Assembly (NCBI GenBank): GCA_030324005.1
Contig: JARDVH010000031.1
Coordinates: forward strand, 50,309,787-50,373,786
Direction of reading: 5' to 3'
From: Negaprion brevirostris
Taxonomy: Eukaryota
Length of the DNA: 64,000 nt
Part shown: positions 34,601 through 47,260 of the stretch, piece by piece
Layout of the letters: every line of letters begins with the position of its first letter
How positions within the stretch are numbered: position 1 is the stretch's first letter
Position numbers and translations under genes: made by a program
The notes under the pieces: model-generated
What the model was told of the DNA's origin: nothing
The model's database searches: none
What the model saw: the letters and a program-made list of their open reading frames with translations, nothing else

Positions 34601-34800
34601 GGCCCCTACTCTCCAATGTGCCTTTGTTTATGTGAGCTCCTCTCTTCCACCGGCAGCGTGTAACCAAGTCTCCGAGCGTCAGCGAGCGTCAGCGTGGCCG
34701 AGCCCAATGAGCGCCCGAGGGCTGGGCCCGCACCAGCCGGTTGGCTGCCTCTCACTTTGGTAAATTTCCGAGGTGACGTTAACACTGTGGATTTTTAAAG
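34600..34800 (-). promoter_or_regulatory. NR4A2: NR4A2 proximal promoter
   Basis: Minus strand GCTGACGCTCGCTGACGCTC (two half-CREs, 34674-34693) and CACATAAACAAAGGCACATTGG (34613-34634); CCAAT at 34704-34708; another TGACG at 34774-34778; CpG-rich. Matches the 5' end of mammalian NR4A2 as recalled. Confidence 0.85.
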
Positions 34801-35379
34801 TAGTTGGGGCTTGGCTTGAGGCAACCTTCTCACCTCTTTCAGCATTTCCAAAACAACACGTAGCTGGAATATTCGCCGTTTATAGCTTATCGATCTTATT
34901 GATCACTTGTTTTGGACTTATTTCTACAACGGCAAACTGCGTAACTATTACTTTTCATTTCCGGCATAAAGATCTATTCCATTATTGAATATTTTACCTC
35001 TTATAAATTCTAGCCTGAAAAGGGGAAACCGGGTGAGTGTATTGTTTTAGCATTCAAAGAGCCTCCCCTTTCTGTTTAATTCAGTTTGTATGCTTTAAAC
35101 ACACGCATTTTTCTTTGATGTAAAGTTGCTTAAGAAACACTTACTGGGACGGTGTCCTGCTTTTGGAATGTAAAACATATATAAATATATACGTATAAAA
35201 TCAGCAGGTATTATCACGGATTGCTGGGTGTGTGGGACAATCAAGTTTCGGGTTAACTAAATTTTGAAAGAGCCGCGCTGGTGATTGTGAGGTTAAATAT
35301 TTAATATAGCAGCTCTGTAATATAAAAATTCAATTATTGCATATGTTTATATATTTATTGTATCTATAAATATAATTAC

Positions 35380-35710
35380 ATGTATTGGTGGAAACAATGT
35401 GAAGGGAGGCCGGGCTGCTTGGGAAAAGTCTGCTGACTACCTTTAATGATGTAAGGCGAGGAGAGGACAGAGGCAGCTCATTAATCCGGCCTGTTGCAGC
35501 GTCAGTGATCGTGGGCGAAGCAATTGAATGAACGAAAGGAAAATGTGAGCGGCAGCGCGCCGGGTCCGGCAGAGTGCCGTATGACGCAGGAACGCTGCTA
35601 TTGACGCAAAGAGCCGGCTCAGCCAGAAATAGCAGGTCTGGCAATGCACTCTCAGTCTGCAAGTGATGCACACAGGGCTGGCCTTACACTCAGGCTATTT
35701 AAAACCCCAT
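35380..35710. promoter_or_regulatory. Upstream CRE/MEF2-like enhancer cluster about 0.9 kb upstream of NR4A2
   Basis: GC/CpG-rich block with CGTCA at 35500-35504, TGACG at 35582-35586 and 35602-35606, and an imperfect MEF2-like GCTATTTAAAAC at 35694-35705. Confidence 0.55.
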
Positions 35711-38700
35711 CGGAAACTTGAGAACACCAAATTAAGACATTGCGGATATTTTTAGAGCTAGTGCTTTGGTGGAGGGGGGTTAAGTTTGCTATCTATACAC
35801 ACACATATATATATACACATACACTCACATTATATCTACAAAGTTTTTTTCGCAGATTATGCTGTTCTGTGTATTTTACACTGGCTTGTTTTCTTTTCCC
35901 CACAATTGATCAGTTGTGGTGTTTATGGACTGTGGGCTGCAATACTGCACACCTTCACCCTCCCCCACTCCATTTTCAAATACTTTCGCCGCCCTCCTCA
36001 CCCCCACCCCCAACAAATTTCACCATTTAAACAAACGGGGGCAGTTCAGCGCCACGTTAGCTTCCAATTCAACCCTGCCACTCCCCTCCCCCCGCCTCTT
36101 CCACCTGATGCGCTGTCCCTCTGTCCCGGGTTACTATTGACAAGTGGGAGCATTGTTGGGAAAAATCATAAGAGGTGTTTTAATGAATAAGTCCCCCTTT
36201 CCCTCGTCTAATTAGTAATATCGAGCTATCCAGTATGTAAAATGTTCAATCGGTATGTGAACAAAACAAAAACAATGTCAGCGAAAACGCCCATTACGTT
36301 TGTAAATGGGAATGTTCTTGGCAGACGGTACATTTCCAGTGGTTGACCGCTTTGCAGGTTCTCCACTTGGCTGGAAACAGTCGTTTCAGATCCCCAGAAC
36401 TGTTGCAGTTGCGCGTTCTGACCAGGAAGAGGCAATCGCCTTCACTCATATTCCACCAACATAATACATAATTTCGTCCCAAAATAAATTTACATACAAA
36501 ACCAAATAGCTCGATCATACATTTAGGGCTCTTACATCTAGAGCTCGCTAAATTACAAGCTCCTACTGTGCATTTGATTATTGCCGTTATTGGCTAGATA
36601 GATAGCAGCGGAATGGAAAAAGTATATTTTCTGGAATTTTACAGGATAATTTGTCTTTCCCAGCTACATTAAGTATTACCCTATTGATCCAATTCAATTT
36701 CAAAACGGTAAAATTACAGGAAGTTTTACAATGGTAAATAGGATTTTGTTTCTTCCTACGCTAAAATGTGTAACATAAACGCATTGGGTGTATGAGCGCG
36801 TGTTGTGTGGGGGTCGGGGAGGGAAGACGGTGAAGAGTAAATAGAGACATAAGACACAAAATAAAAACATTTTTTTTTATTGTTAAATACATGGTACAGC
36901 TTATTAATTGCAAAATTATTCCAAAAGTAACTTCCTTTTGATGTTAACTCAAGCTTTCAAATGCTTCTCACAAAAGTTATATCCCGAATAAAAATAAATG
37001 AAAATAATCACCAGTAAAAATGACATTTTACATCCTAATTCCCCGTATGATATAAAGCAGATCCTTTTAATGGGATAGGTAATAATCAAATCCCTGATGT
37101 TTTTGATTTTAAAAAAAGTAAACCAATTATTGGAGGAATCACGTGCAGATGACTCAATTTTAGATTGCTTATGGTTAACATCTCTATTTTGAATGAAGGT
37201 ATTGTGAAAATTCTAAAATATGGATAAGGAATTAAAGTTACAGAGACAGTGCAATTATATGTTAAGCCTTCTGCTGAAACTAACATGATCTTGTCTGGTA
37301 TAAACATTTTCAATACTATTTATGGACAAAAAAAAAATTTTAAACTGTTAGAATAAAGACTCAAGCATTTTTCTTTGGCAAACTCCCCAGATCTTGGCAA
37401 TAAAAGTTTGACAATATTCAACTTAAAATAAATAGGGCAGCAAATCCTGTTAAGAAATTACTATATTAGCACAAACACCACATAGAAACAACAATTTTAT
37501 TTAATAAAATGGCCTTCACTCAATACACATCCCGGGGGTGTGGTGTAGATTAATCCCCCACCCCACAACTCATTTTAAGGGCATGGTGTAGATTTAAAAT
37601 CAACCAAGTCTAATTCAAACAAACAAAGTCACACATCAAGTTAAAAAGGGAAAATCAAAAATGTTGAAATGTAAACAGAAAATTAAGTACATAAAGGTCA
37701 CATCACACAGCCTCATCCTCTCAATGTCATAATTGAACTATTACAGCATTACATCCATGTCCACCAATGATTAAATGAAAACCTTGTCACATTTCATTCT
37801 TCAGGCAGATAACACTACAATGATTGCCTCCTACCTTTGGTGGCTGTTTCCATAATATTCTGTCATCTAAAATGAAAGCATCGGTGGTTTCGTAAACATT
37901 GACTTTGTGGAACTGCCACTCGCCGTTGTTGGTTCCAGGCTGTTTCATTTTTCAAGCCCAAGTACTATTTTCTCCCTCCACTTCTCATGACTCTCCTATC
38001 AAGCCAAATATGTCTGGTGTCCCTGCCACACAAGCCCGCTCCCTGGCGAACAATTTCCTTCCTCTCCCTGACAACCACCCATATAATATCTGAACCTGAG
38101 CTGAATTCCAACTACATATCCAAGCCTTCAAAAATATTGCCTATTTAAATGCCTGTAACATCATCTGGTTCCACCCAAAACTCTGAAAAACTGAAGCTTC
38201 ATCCAGGACTTTATTACAACTGGCCTTGATTTACAGTAATCTCTCATGTTCTATCTTCCATAAACTTAAGGTTATTTAAAACTCTACTGTTTCCTAGCTC
38301 AANNNNNNNNNNNNNNNNNNNNNNNNNNNNNNNNNNNNNNNNNNNNNNNNNNNNNNNNNNNNNNNNNNNNNNNNNNNNNNNNNNNNNNNNNNNNNNNNNN
38401 NNNNNNNNNNNNNNNNNNNNNNNNNNNNNNNNNNNNNNNNNNNNNNNNNNNNNNNNNNNNNNNNNNNNNNNNNNNNNNNNNNNNNNNNNNNNNNNNNNNN
38501 NNNNNNNNNNNNNNNNNNNNNNNNNNNNNNNNCCTCTCATCCTCTAAGGGTCCAACGTTCACCCTAGCCAGCCTCTTCCTTTTTATATATTTATAAAAAC
38601 TCTTGCTATAATGGCTCAGTATCAAATTTTATTCTGTAATACATAGGTTATAGTGATTTTCATATCTTTAAACTGGTCTGATTAACAAGTTTTTCTTGTC

Positions 38701-41279
38701 TTCATCTCCCCATTGATCAATACTATTGTCAGTAATTTCTTCCTTTTTCAAAATGCAGCACTATACATGTTTTCTGCTTCCCCTTACATCCCAAACATAT
38801 TTAATAAACTCTTTTTTTCAGTGTCACATTGTTCATTTGTTCTTTTCACAGACATCAAATCTCTGCCACTCTTCACTTCCCTCTAATTTTTATTCCTTCC
38901 ATAACCATTAGGCTATTAACACTGAAGCTTATTACATAAAACATCAGTAGTTCCCAATTTATTTGGTTCTTTGCACATCTGTTTTCATTTTTTTTTAAAC
39001 GAAGAAACGCAGTAAATAACTAAAAATAAAAAATACAACTTAATATTTCAAGATGGGACCTTCACTCACTGCAGATTTTTAACAGTTAATCTTTCACTTT
39101 CGTTCACCAACTGGTCTGCTGTGTATTTTGTATGATTCAGTTCAGCACTCCTGTAAAACCTTACAACTGTAACATACACAATAATCTAATTACAGGTTTC
39201 TGGAAAACAAGTAACGTTTATTAACCACATTTAAATTATATATTAAAATTCCATATATCCCTTTTTAGTAACTTTCCAAAAGGAAAATCATGTTAAATTT
39301 CACATCTATTTGGACTTTTGAATTTAAATTAATAAAAACAAAAGATTAACACATTCTAAGGAACAGATTTTTCCATTTGTTTTTTGAAACACAATATATA
39401 TTTGAACTCCTCAGAAAATTCCGCTGACTAGCTATCTTTATTCATTCAAAGAAGGGGTATATGACACCTCATTCTATATATACGAAGCAGGAGAAACACA
39501 AGACTATGGAAAGAGAGGAAAGCATAAAGTTAGTATAGAAACACTCTTGCAAAAGCTAGCACAAAAATGATGGAATAAATGTCCTCCTGATAGAAACAGC
39601 AATGTTTACAGCCTGTGATCTTATTGGAGTAAAAGCAATTAGTTAATTTGCCCTTAATGTCAATATTAGAAAAAAGTATAATACCAGGAATTATGAGCCA
39701 GTGTATATTTTAAAAAGAATAATTTCCAGGGTCAAAATATTATATGTTCATATAAAACAAGAAAGAAAAATGGTCACTTGTGATTAAAAGTTCAGTGTTA
39801 AGAATTAAACTGCATTTGAACCACAAAAGGCAAGCACAAAACTGGACAAGTGGGTTTTAAAATGAGAGTTGTGAGAAATGTGAAAGTATTGCGTTATTGT
39901 CTTAACATGAAAGTGAACAATTGCATGTGCGTCATCAGTAAGGTTGTTACAACAAGCCTGTACTAGTTCAGCTTTACATTATAATGTATAAGCATTATAA
40001 TGTAGTCCAAAGTACTGTGAAAAACTCTTGAAGCATCTGAAAATTAATTAATACTGGCAAATTTTATAACTGCATTTGCAGCTACACAATGTAAATTTGA
40101 TTGGATTTGAAAAATAATTATACATTTACATCTCAATGTGGTCAGAAAACAGAATTGTAGAATCAGCAATATGCGACAGGTGGAGGATAGGTGGGGGAGA
40201 AAAACAAAAGAACTACCTTTATATTGCCTATCTTCACAAAACATATTGAGTACAATCTTTTTTATATTTCTTCGGTATTTGTCCAAAATAGTCTATATTC
40301 CAGAATACAGCTTTATATCACAGATGGGAGACAGCAATAGAATGCTCATATTTTTATTTTTCCCCCCTTGTACAATTTTGTCACATCATAGGAACATTTG
40401 TGCTATGGTAAAACATCATAACAGAGATCAAAGACCTCTGGAATAATGCATGCCACCACTGCCAGCAGGAACAGAGAATTTGGCACTCAGCCAAATCTCC
40501 AATCAACAGCAGGAGCTCAGAATCCCAGCCACATTGAGGTCACTGAATTCCAGCCACAGACTCCATTCTTCCTTCACAACAGCATTGTTCCTCCCATTGT
40601 AGGATTGTAGGGTGTTAGGATGCAAGTTGACACTCAAAATTTACCTTTGGCAAGTTTTGATTGTGTCATGAGGAAAGAGTGAAACAGCAGAGGCCACGTA
40701 TTTTCTGACAAAGAGGGAAGCAAAGCAAATTATGAGGTTAATTTGCTCATGCATTTTCCAGTGAATGTCACCCATTCTGGTTCAGTTCAACGTAAAGAAA
40801 CCAAAGTAAAAAAAATGATATGAAGTGCATTCTTTAGTTCTCAGAATATTAAATTGATCATAAATTTGTATTTTCTCACTCATCAAATTAGGACTGTAGT
40901 TTATTAAACTAAACACCCATATGTTTTGAACTTGAGTGACTACACTTCCAAAATACTTCATTGGCCTTAAAGCACTCAGACATCAAGTGGTGATGAAAAA
41001 TGCAAGTTTTTATCTTTTTTTTAAATGCTCTCTGCATGTAAAGGTATTACTACAATTAAGAAAGCACTGTTGAATTTTGCCTATTATAAACAATTTAGTA
41101 GCAAAGATTTTCAAGCAATATTTATTGAGTTCCTAATGCAATTTATACACTGGCAAAAATTTTATTTTTATTGTATTATGATTTTGCCTTTTGTGATCAT
41201 ATAAAATACAGCCCCTCTAATATGTAGAGCTTGCAGAAAACATTCAGCTATTCTAACTCAGCAGACTTGTTTAAATTAA

Positions 41280-41422
41280 AATTTACTTATTAGCGTCACA
41301 AGTAGGCTGACATTAACAGTGCAATGAAGTTACTGTGAAAACCCCTGGTCGCCACACTTCGGCATTTGGGTACATTGAGGGAGAATTTAGATGGCCAATT
41401 CACCTAACCAGCACATCTTTCA
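41280..41422 (-). mobile_element. V-SINE 3' portion, tail type B
   Basis: GTCACAAGTAGGCTGACATTAACAGTGCAATGAAGTTACTGTGAAA. Confidence 0.7.
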
Positions 41423-42414
41423 GACTTATATTTTTGAAATAAGTAAAACTGTCCAACGTATTAATTTGCAAATACAGAGTCCTAGTGTCACTCTGTACTT
41501 ATCTGCAATGGAATCACATTTATACTATGCAGATAAAAGCTTCACTGCACTAAACGCAGCAACCTTCAGGTCGGTGAACAAGATCCTATTGCTGTAATGG
41601 AAGAAAAATGTTATAATTCAACTGCTAGGATATTTAAGATGTTAACAGTAAGCTTAATACAATAGCTAAAAATCAGACACAATAACCCCTAGTATCTCAG
41701 AGCAATGTATTATGGTATACATTAAAAATACATACATGTTATTGTGCAAATTCAATTGAACAGAGATCAAGGGTGGAAACTGCATGGGTGAAAACAGAAA
41801 TGGTTTTGAATGTGATGTCGCTAAATGTCCATACTGTAATGTGAAAAATGCCTAATTACTACAATTAAAAGAGCCAACTATCGAGTGAGGAGAATGAAAA
41901 ATAAATTAAGAACAACATCAGAAAAATCAGGTCAACCAATTGACCTCAACCCTTACTTTAGATCACTGTGTCAATGATTATAGTAGTCAACCCTAAAAAT
42001 TACTTTTTAGGCCAAGCTTTTGGTTACCTGTCACCTGGCATCTCCTCATATGGCCTGGGATTAAATTTTGTCTGGTAATGGCTCCTGTGGAATGGCTGGG
42101 GATGTTCTCCTACAACACAAAATGCAATATAAATTAAGGCATACTGTTGAACCAAAATTTTGAAAAGTGCAGCACCAGCATATTTGGAACTGTTCAGGTT
42201 TCACACGGAGTTGGTTAAGCCCAGCAATGTCATATCTGTACTGGGATTAAGTTTTCAACAAATTTGTTAATACAGTGTGAAATGTCCACTCTATACAGAA
42301 AAGTTTGTGCCTTTAAGTTGATCATATCCAAAATTAGTTTGTAATGAACATAAATTTATATAATTTATCAACCATTTTCAGATTAGATACAGCATAGCCA
42401 CATGAACAACAGTG

Positions 42415-42720
42415 TGGGTGACACAGTGGTTAGCACTGCTGCCTCACAGCGCCAGGGATTCAGGTTCAATGATGGCCTCAGGTCACTGTGTGGAGTTTGC
42501 ATGCTCCCCCCGGTCTGCAAAGGCTTCCTCCGAGTGCTCCAGTTTCCTCCCATACTCCAAAAATGTCAGATTGATTGGCCATATTAAATTGCTCCGTCAA
42601 GTCAGGGGGACTAGCAGGGTAAATACTTGGGGTTATAAAGAAAGGACCTGGGTGGGACTGTTGTTGGTGCAGACTAGATGGGCCAAATGACTTCCTTCTG
42701 CATTGTAGGGATCCTATGAT
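42415..42720 (+). mobile_element. V-SINE/HE1, tail type A
   Basis: Complete head and core; tail CCTTCTGCATTGTAGGGATCCTATG. Confidence 0.85.
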
Positions 42721-42869
42721 TCAATAATCTTTCTCTGTTCCAACATCATGCCTTGACTTAAACCTCAAAAGACCCTCCATTACTTCAATGCAAGTTCCAT
42801 TTCCCTTAAGATTCATCTCCATAGAACACATTTAATGGAAAACTAAGTGTCTATGAAAGGTTTTCCTTC

Positions 42870-43025
42870 ATAGTGGTTAGCATGGCTGCCTCAAGCACCA
42901 GGGACTCAGGTTCAATTCCCATTTTACTGTGCAACCTCCACATTGACATTCTCCCCATGTCTGCGTGGGTTTCCTCCAGATGCTCCAGTTTCCTCCCACA
43001 GTCCAAAGATGTGCAGGTTAGGTGG
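42870..43025 (+). mobile_element. V-SINE 5' part running into a gap
   Basis: Head plus core TTCTCCCCATGTCTGCGTGGGTTTCCTCC. Confidence 0.8.
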
Positions 43026-43271
43026 NNNNNNNNNNNNNNNNNNNNNNNNNNNNNNNNNNNNNNNNNNNNNNNNNNNNNNNNNNNNNNNNNNNNNNNNNNN
43101 NNNNNNNNNNNNNNNNNNNNNNNNNNNNNNNNNNNNNNNNNNNNNNNNNNNNNNNNNNNNNNNNNNNNNNNNNNNNNNNNCGTTGTTGGCAAACATTTGT
43201 TGCCCATCCCCAATTGCCCTTGAACTGAGTGGCTTATTAGGCCATTTCAGAGGGCAGTAAGAGTCAACTGC

Positions 43272-44130
43272 AACAACAAAAACAGAAAATTGAAAAATCT
43301 CAGCAGGTCTGGTAGCATCTGCAGGCAGAGAAAATAGAGTTAATGTTTTGCACCCAGATGGCCCTTCCTCAGAGCAAGGCAGCAAGAGAAATATGATGGA
43401 TTATATACTGTGTAAGTGGGGAGTGGAGCAGCAGAATAGAAGGTCAGTGATTGTTGGGGGCCTGGAGAGATTGCTAATGACGTGTAGGTCACAAGACAGA
43501 AGACGTTTTTAATGGCAACAGCAGGTGTTAATAGTTGCATAAAGGTAAGATATCAATAGGAGAAAAAAAGGTCAGTGCTCAGTGCAAGTGAAACTCAAGA
43601 ATAAGGTTTGTGCATTGGAGCAAAAAATCTGATATAAAAAAGGATCAAGATGGAGGAGAAATGCTGCAGTTTAAAGTTGTTGAACGTTGATTCCCAAGAG
43701 CTGTAATATTCCAAGTTGTAAGATAAGGTGCTGCTCTTCCAGTCTGTGTGGGCTTCACTGGGTATTGCAGCAGGCCAAGGACATAGATGTGGGCATGAAA
43801 GCAAGATATGGACTTAAAGAGGCAAGTAGCAGGAAAGTTGGGGTCATGCCTGTGGGCTGAGAAAAGGTATCCCACAGAACAGTCACCCAGTCTGCATGTA
43901 GTCTCCCCAAAGTAGAGGAGCAGCTTCCACTGAGGGAGATGCTTCACCAGAAAGGAATGTTTGGGGGGCCTTGAACAGTGAGGAATGAGGAGGTAAAGGG
44001 GCAGGTGTTGCATCAGTTGCAAATAAAATGAAGATGCTATGGGAAGGGAATGAGGCGTTGAGTGGATCAGGATGTCATGGAGGGAGCAGACTTTGCAGAA
44101 TGCTGAATGGGGTGGGTGTTTCATGGTGTC
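43272..44130 (-). mobile_element. Penelope-like retroelement relic (GIY-YIG endonuclease region plus terminus)
   Basis: Minus-strand LLYFGETTCRLGDC..HRHDPNFPATCLFKS..HAHIYVLGLLQ is a decayed YIGET.R.L..R GIY-YIG segment; terminus CTCAGCAGGTCTGGTAGCATCTG. It sits between two halves of a 5925-type SINE (43181-43270 and 44140-44395). Confidence 0.75.
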
Positions 44131-46444
44131 ATCATGCTGGAGTCATCCACATTGCTGTGGGACTGGAGTCACAAGCAAGTCAGACCAACTAAGGATAGCA
44201 ATGTCCAAAGAGGACATTGGTGAGTCAGATGGGTTTTTACAACAACTAACAATAGCTTTTAAGCTTTAATTAAAATTTATTGAATTTAAATTCCACCAGC
44301 TGCCATAGTGGGATTTAAATTCCTATCCCCAGAGTATTAGCCTGGGCCTCTGGATTACTAGTCCAGCAACATTACCACCACACCACCATCTCCCCATGGG
44401 ATGACTAAACTCATTTCACAAAGGATTTGAGTTCTATACACCTTGGTGATATCCCCATATCATCCCAGGCCTGTCCACATCATAACACTGAGCCCATTGT
44501 CCTCATACAAGATATTAGTCTCAGCACACAGCAGTGAGAGGCTGACTTGACTGCAACATAAATCAGGGAGGACGAGAAGCAGGAGGACACACGCATATTC
44601 ATAGAATCCATACAGTGCAAAAGGAGATCAATTGAGAAAACTGGTCACTAATTAAAAAAGGTCTAAAAATGTTTTCTCATACAATATAGAACATCTATCA
44701 ATGTTACTGTCTGCAACCAGTCAAAAAATACAATTCTAAGCGCATTCAAAAAATCTCTATGAAATTAAAAATAGAACTGTTGGGAGAGACTTGAGAAGCA
44801 CAAGGATAATTGTGAAATCAAATATTAATGATTCTTAAAAATCAGAGAATGATGCAGCAGAGGAGGAGATGGTTTGGTCCATCTTGTCTGTGCAGGCCCT
44901 TTGGTAGAATTCTTCAATGTTGTCTCACTTTCCTGCTTCCCCCCAAAGCTTTTCTCACCAGCAAACTATTAACCTACAGTAAATTTAGTACACAGAATGT
45001 TATTTATCTAACAGTGATTCTAATACGAATTAAATTATTTCAGTAAAGAGCCATGCCACCCACTTTGAACAAAATCACATTCATTTATGCACCTAACCTG
45101 TCTGGCAATATGCAAGGTAGAAGAAAAATCATGTTGGAGATGCAACAGCAGAGGGAAAAGAATAGCATATGGTTTATACAAACATACAGTACTTATTAGC
45201 ACAGCGTAGGTTTAGAGCAGCAAATGAATCATCCCCTATTTAAAACATCAATAGTCCATATTTATAACACTTACCCAATTTAAACCAACCTTCAGTCGTC
45301 AGTGCATGAGTCAATGCTAGTTTGAAACTGCAGAAAAAAGGTTTGGATTACACGCTGTGTGTGTATATATATATATATAGAATTTAAATTTGTCATTTTT
45401 TTGCTATTATTCATATCTGATCCTAACATCCAATGACATGCAGAATGCACCAAAGCCTTTTCTCTTTCCTTCTTGAGTATTTAATGCAACACTTTACCTA
45501 CAATTTCTAAACCCAAGTTTTTTGTCTGTTAAATAATGATTGTCTATTTATAGGATGGCATTTAAATTTTCATTCCAATTTCTCATTCTGTACAAGTCTA
45601 ATACAAGCTCCTTTGCCTTCAACACATTAAAACCAAGCTTCTTAGTCCTCCTCATTCTCAACAACTTAACATATTTAAGCATTTAGCTATAAAACTTATC
45701 GCAATGCAAAGGCCCAAAAGATGGAACAAACACCAATGTAGTTTACTGTCAATTGCAATGTATGAACTAGCCCCACCACATATCCTGAGACACAAAATTC
45801 ATCTTTGCCATTGAGCCACCACTGTCATTTTACACATATTGTATATGATTGATTCTACTGTAGGTTAGAGGCTAAATGGACCATATGGCAACATGTTGCT
45901 CTCCATATGTTTACATGCCCATCCATGCTTAACCATTTATTAAGCACCATCTGCAACCCATGTGAATCCTGCTAAGCTAATCAAAATATGCTTCTATTAT
46001 TTACTCAGTTAACTATTATTACATCATTGACACATAATTAATTATTTTCATAATATACAATGAATGAGCTTTTGAGGCATGCACTTAATTCTGCGTTGGT
46101 TCTTTTGGATAAAACTCCCGACCAAAATATAGTATTAGAAACAGCGGGGGGCAGGGGAGGGAATCAATGGCTCTGTTGCTAAAACCATATTAAGTAGTTA
46201 CCTGACTAAAGAATACACAACCTCTTAAAATATATATTTTAAAAAGGTGATTATATTTACGGTCTGTAACTAGGCTTCATGCCGCCAGGGCAAAACATAA
46301 ATCATTCTGTGGAATTATTTGCATCATCAGAAACAGCATTTTAGTACAGATTCTCCTTAAAATTATTAGTTCGTCGGCAAATCAACCTGAATTAGGAAAT
46401 ATAACATTAGGGGGAGTAGATTTTTTTTAACCCCAAAGACAAAA

Positions 46445-46740
46445 GAGTAACAATCTTGCTTCTCAGCCGAATAGAAATTTTAAAGATAAAATCCACTAAG
46501 GACAACAATCTTACTCTGAACTCGATTTGGAATTAAAAAGTAAAATCCACTGAAACAGAAAAAAAAATCTACTCTTGACTCGAGTAGGAATTTTAAAGGC
46601 AAAATCTACTAAAACAGAAATAAAGATTAAATCCACTAGAGAGAAAAAATAACAAACTTACTCTTCACTCGAGTAGGAATTTTTAAAAATAAAATCCACT
46701 AAAACCGAGAAAGAAAAAGTAACAAACCCACTCTTCACTC
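46445..46740. repeat. Degenerate 55-85 bp tandem repeat (about 4.3 copies)
   Basis: Recurring AACAA(T/A)CTTACTCTTCACTCGAGTAGGAATTTTAAA..AAAATCCACTAAAAC starting near 46449, 46503, 46567, 46651 and (partial) 46721. Confidence 0.8.
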
Positions 46741-46742
46741 AC

Positions 46743-47260
46743 CGTGAATCGAGATGTGCCGGCAGCACACAGGTTGCACCAGCACCTCTACTCACCCGAA
46801 GCAAAACAGTGGGGTGGCAGCGCTGGAGGAACAGAAAGCTCGGATTCCAGTATCGGTGCAGAAAGAGGGGAAGGGAGGTGGGGAGGGGGGACAGTTGCAG
46901 GCAGCGCGGCTCTAACCCAGCCGCCGCATGCCTGATGCTCAGGCAGCCTCGCAGCGCCCGCCCTGCGCTGGCAGTGGAAGTGCCGGGGCCGGGATAAAGG
47001 CTGCATTGTTGAGCAAGCCACCTCTGTCCCACTCACAGCCGCCCCGAGCTCTCCTAACAAAGCCCGCACCCGCGTCACTCTGGCGTCAATGGAAGCAGGC
47101 TCCGTGACGCAGGCGGGCAGGCTCATCGTCTGCGTCATTCTATAAATAGCTCCATTTGTTTCAGTGCCCAGCTCCCTCTCCCTTCGGCAGCCTTGCTTTT
47201 TCCATTGACGGCAATGTGAGCCGGCCCGGGGGAGGGAAGAGGGATATAGCGAAAGGGGAT
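46743..47260 (-). promoter_or_regulatory. Distal CpG island: candidate alternative NR4A2 promoter/first exon, or an activity-dependent enhancer
   Basis: Five half-CREs (47073, 47084, 47105, 47133, 47206), a consensus MEF2 site CTATAAATAG at 47140-47149, and minus-strand donors ACG|GTGAGT (46743) and CGG|GTGAGT (46796). Confidence 0.65.

Noticed and set aside
46445-46740. CRISPR-like array
   Set aside because: Units are degenerate along their whole length, there are no unique spacers or cas genes, and the context is vertebrate.
46788-47138. 116-aa minus-strand ORF in the CpG island
   Set aside because: Such ORFs are expected in GC-rich DNA; it overlaps the CRE/MEF2 motifs and has no recognisable homology.
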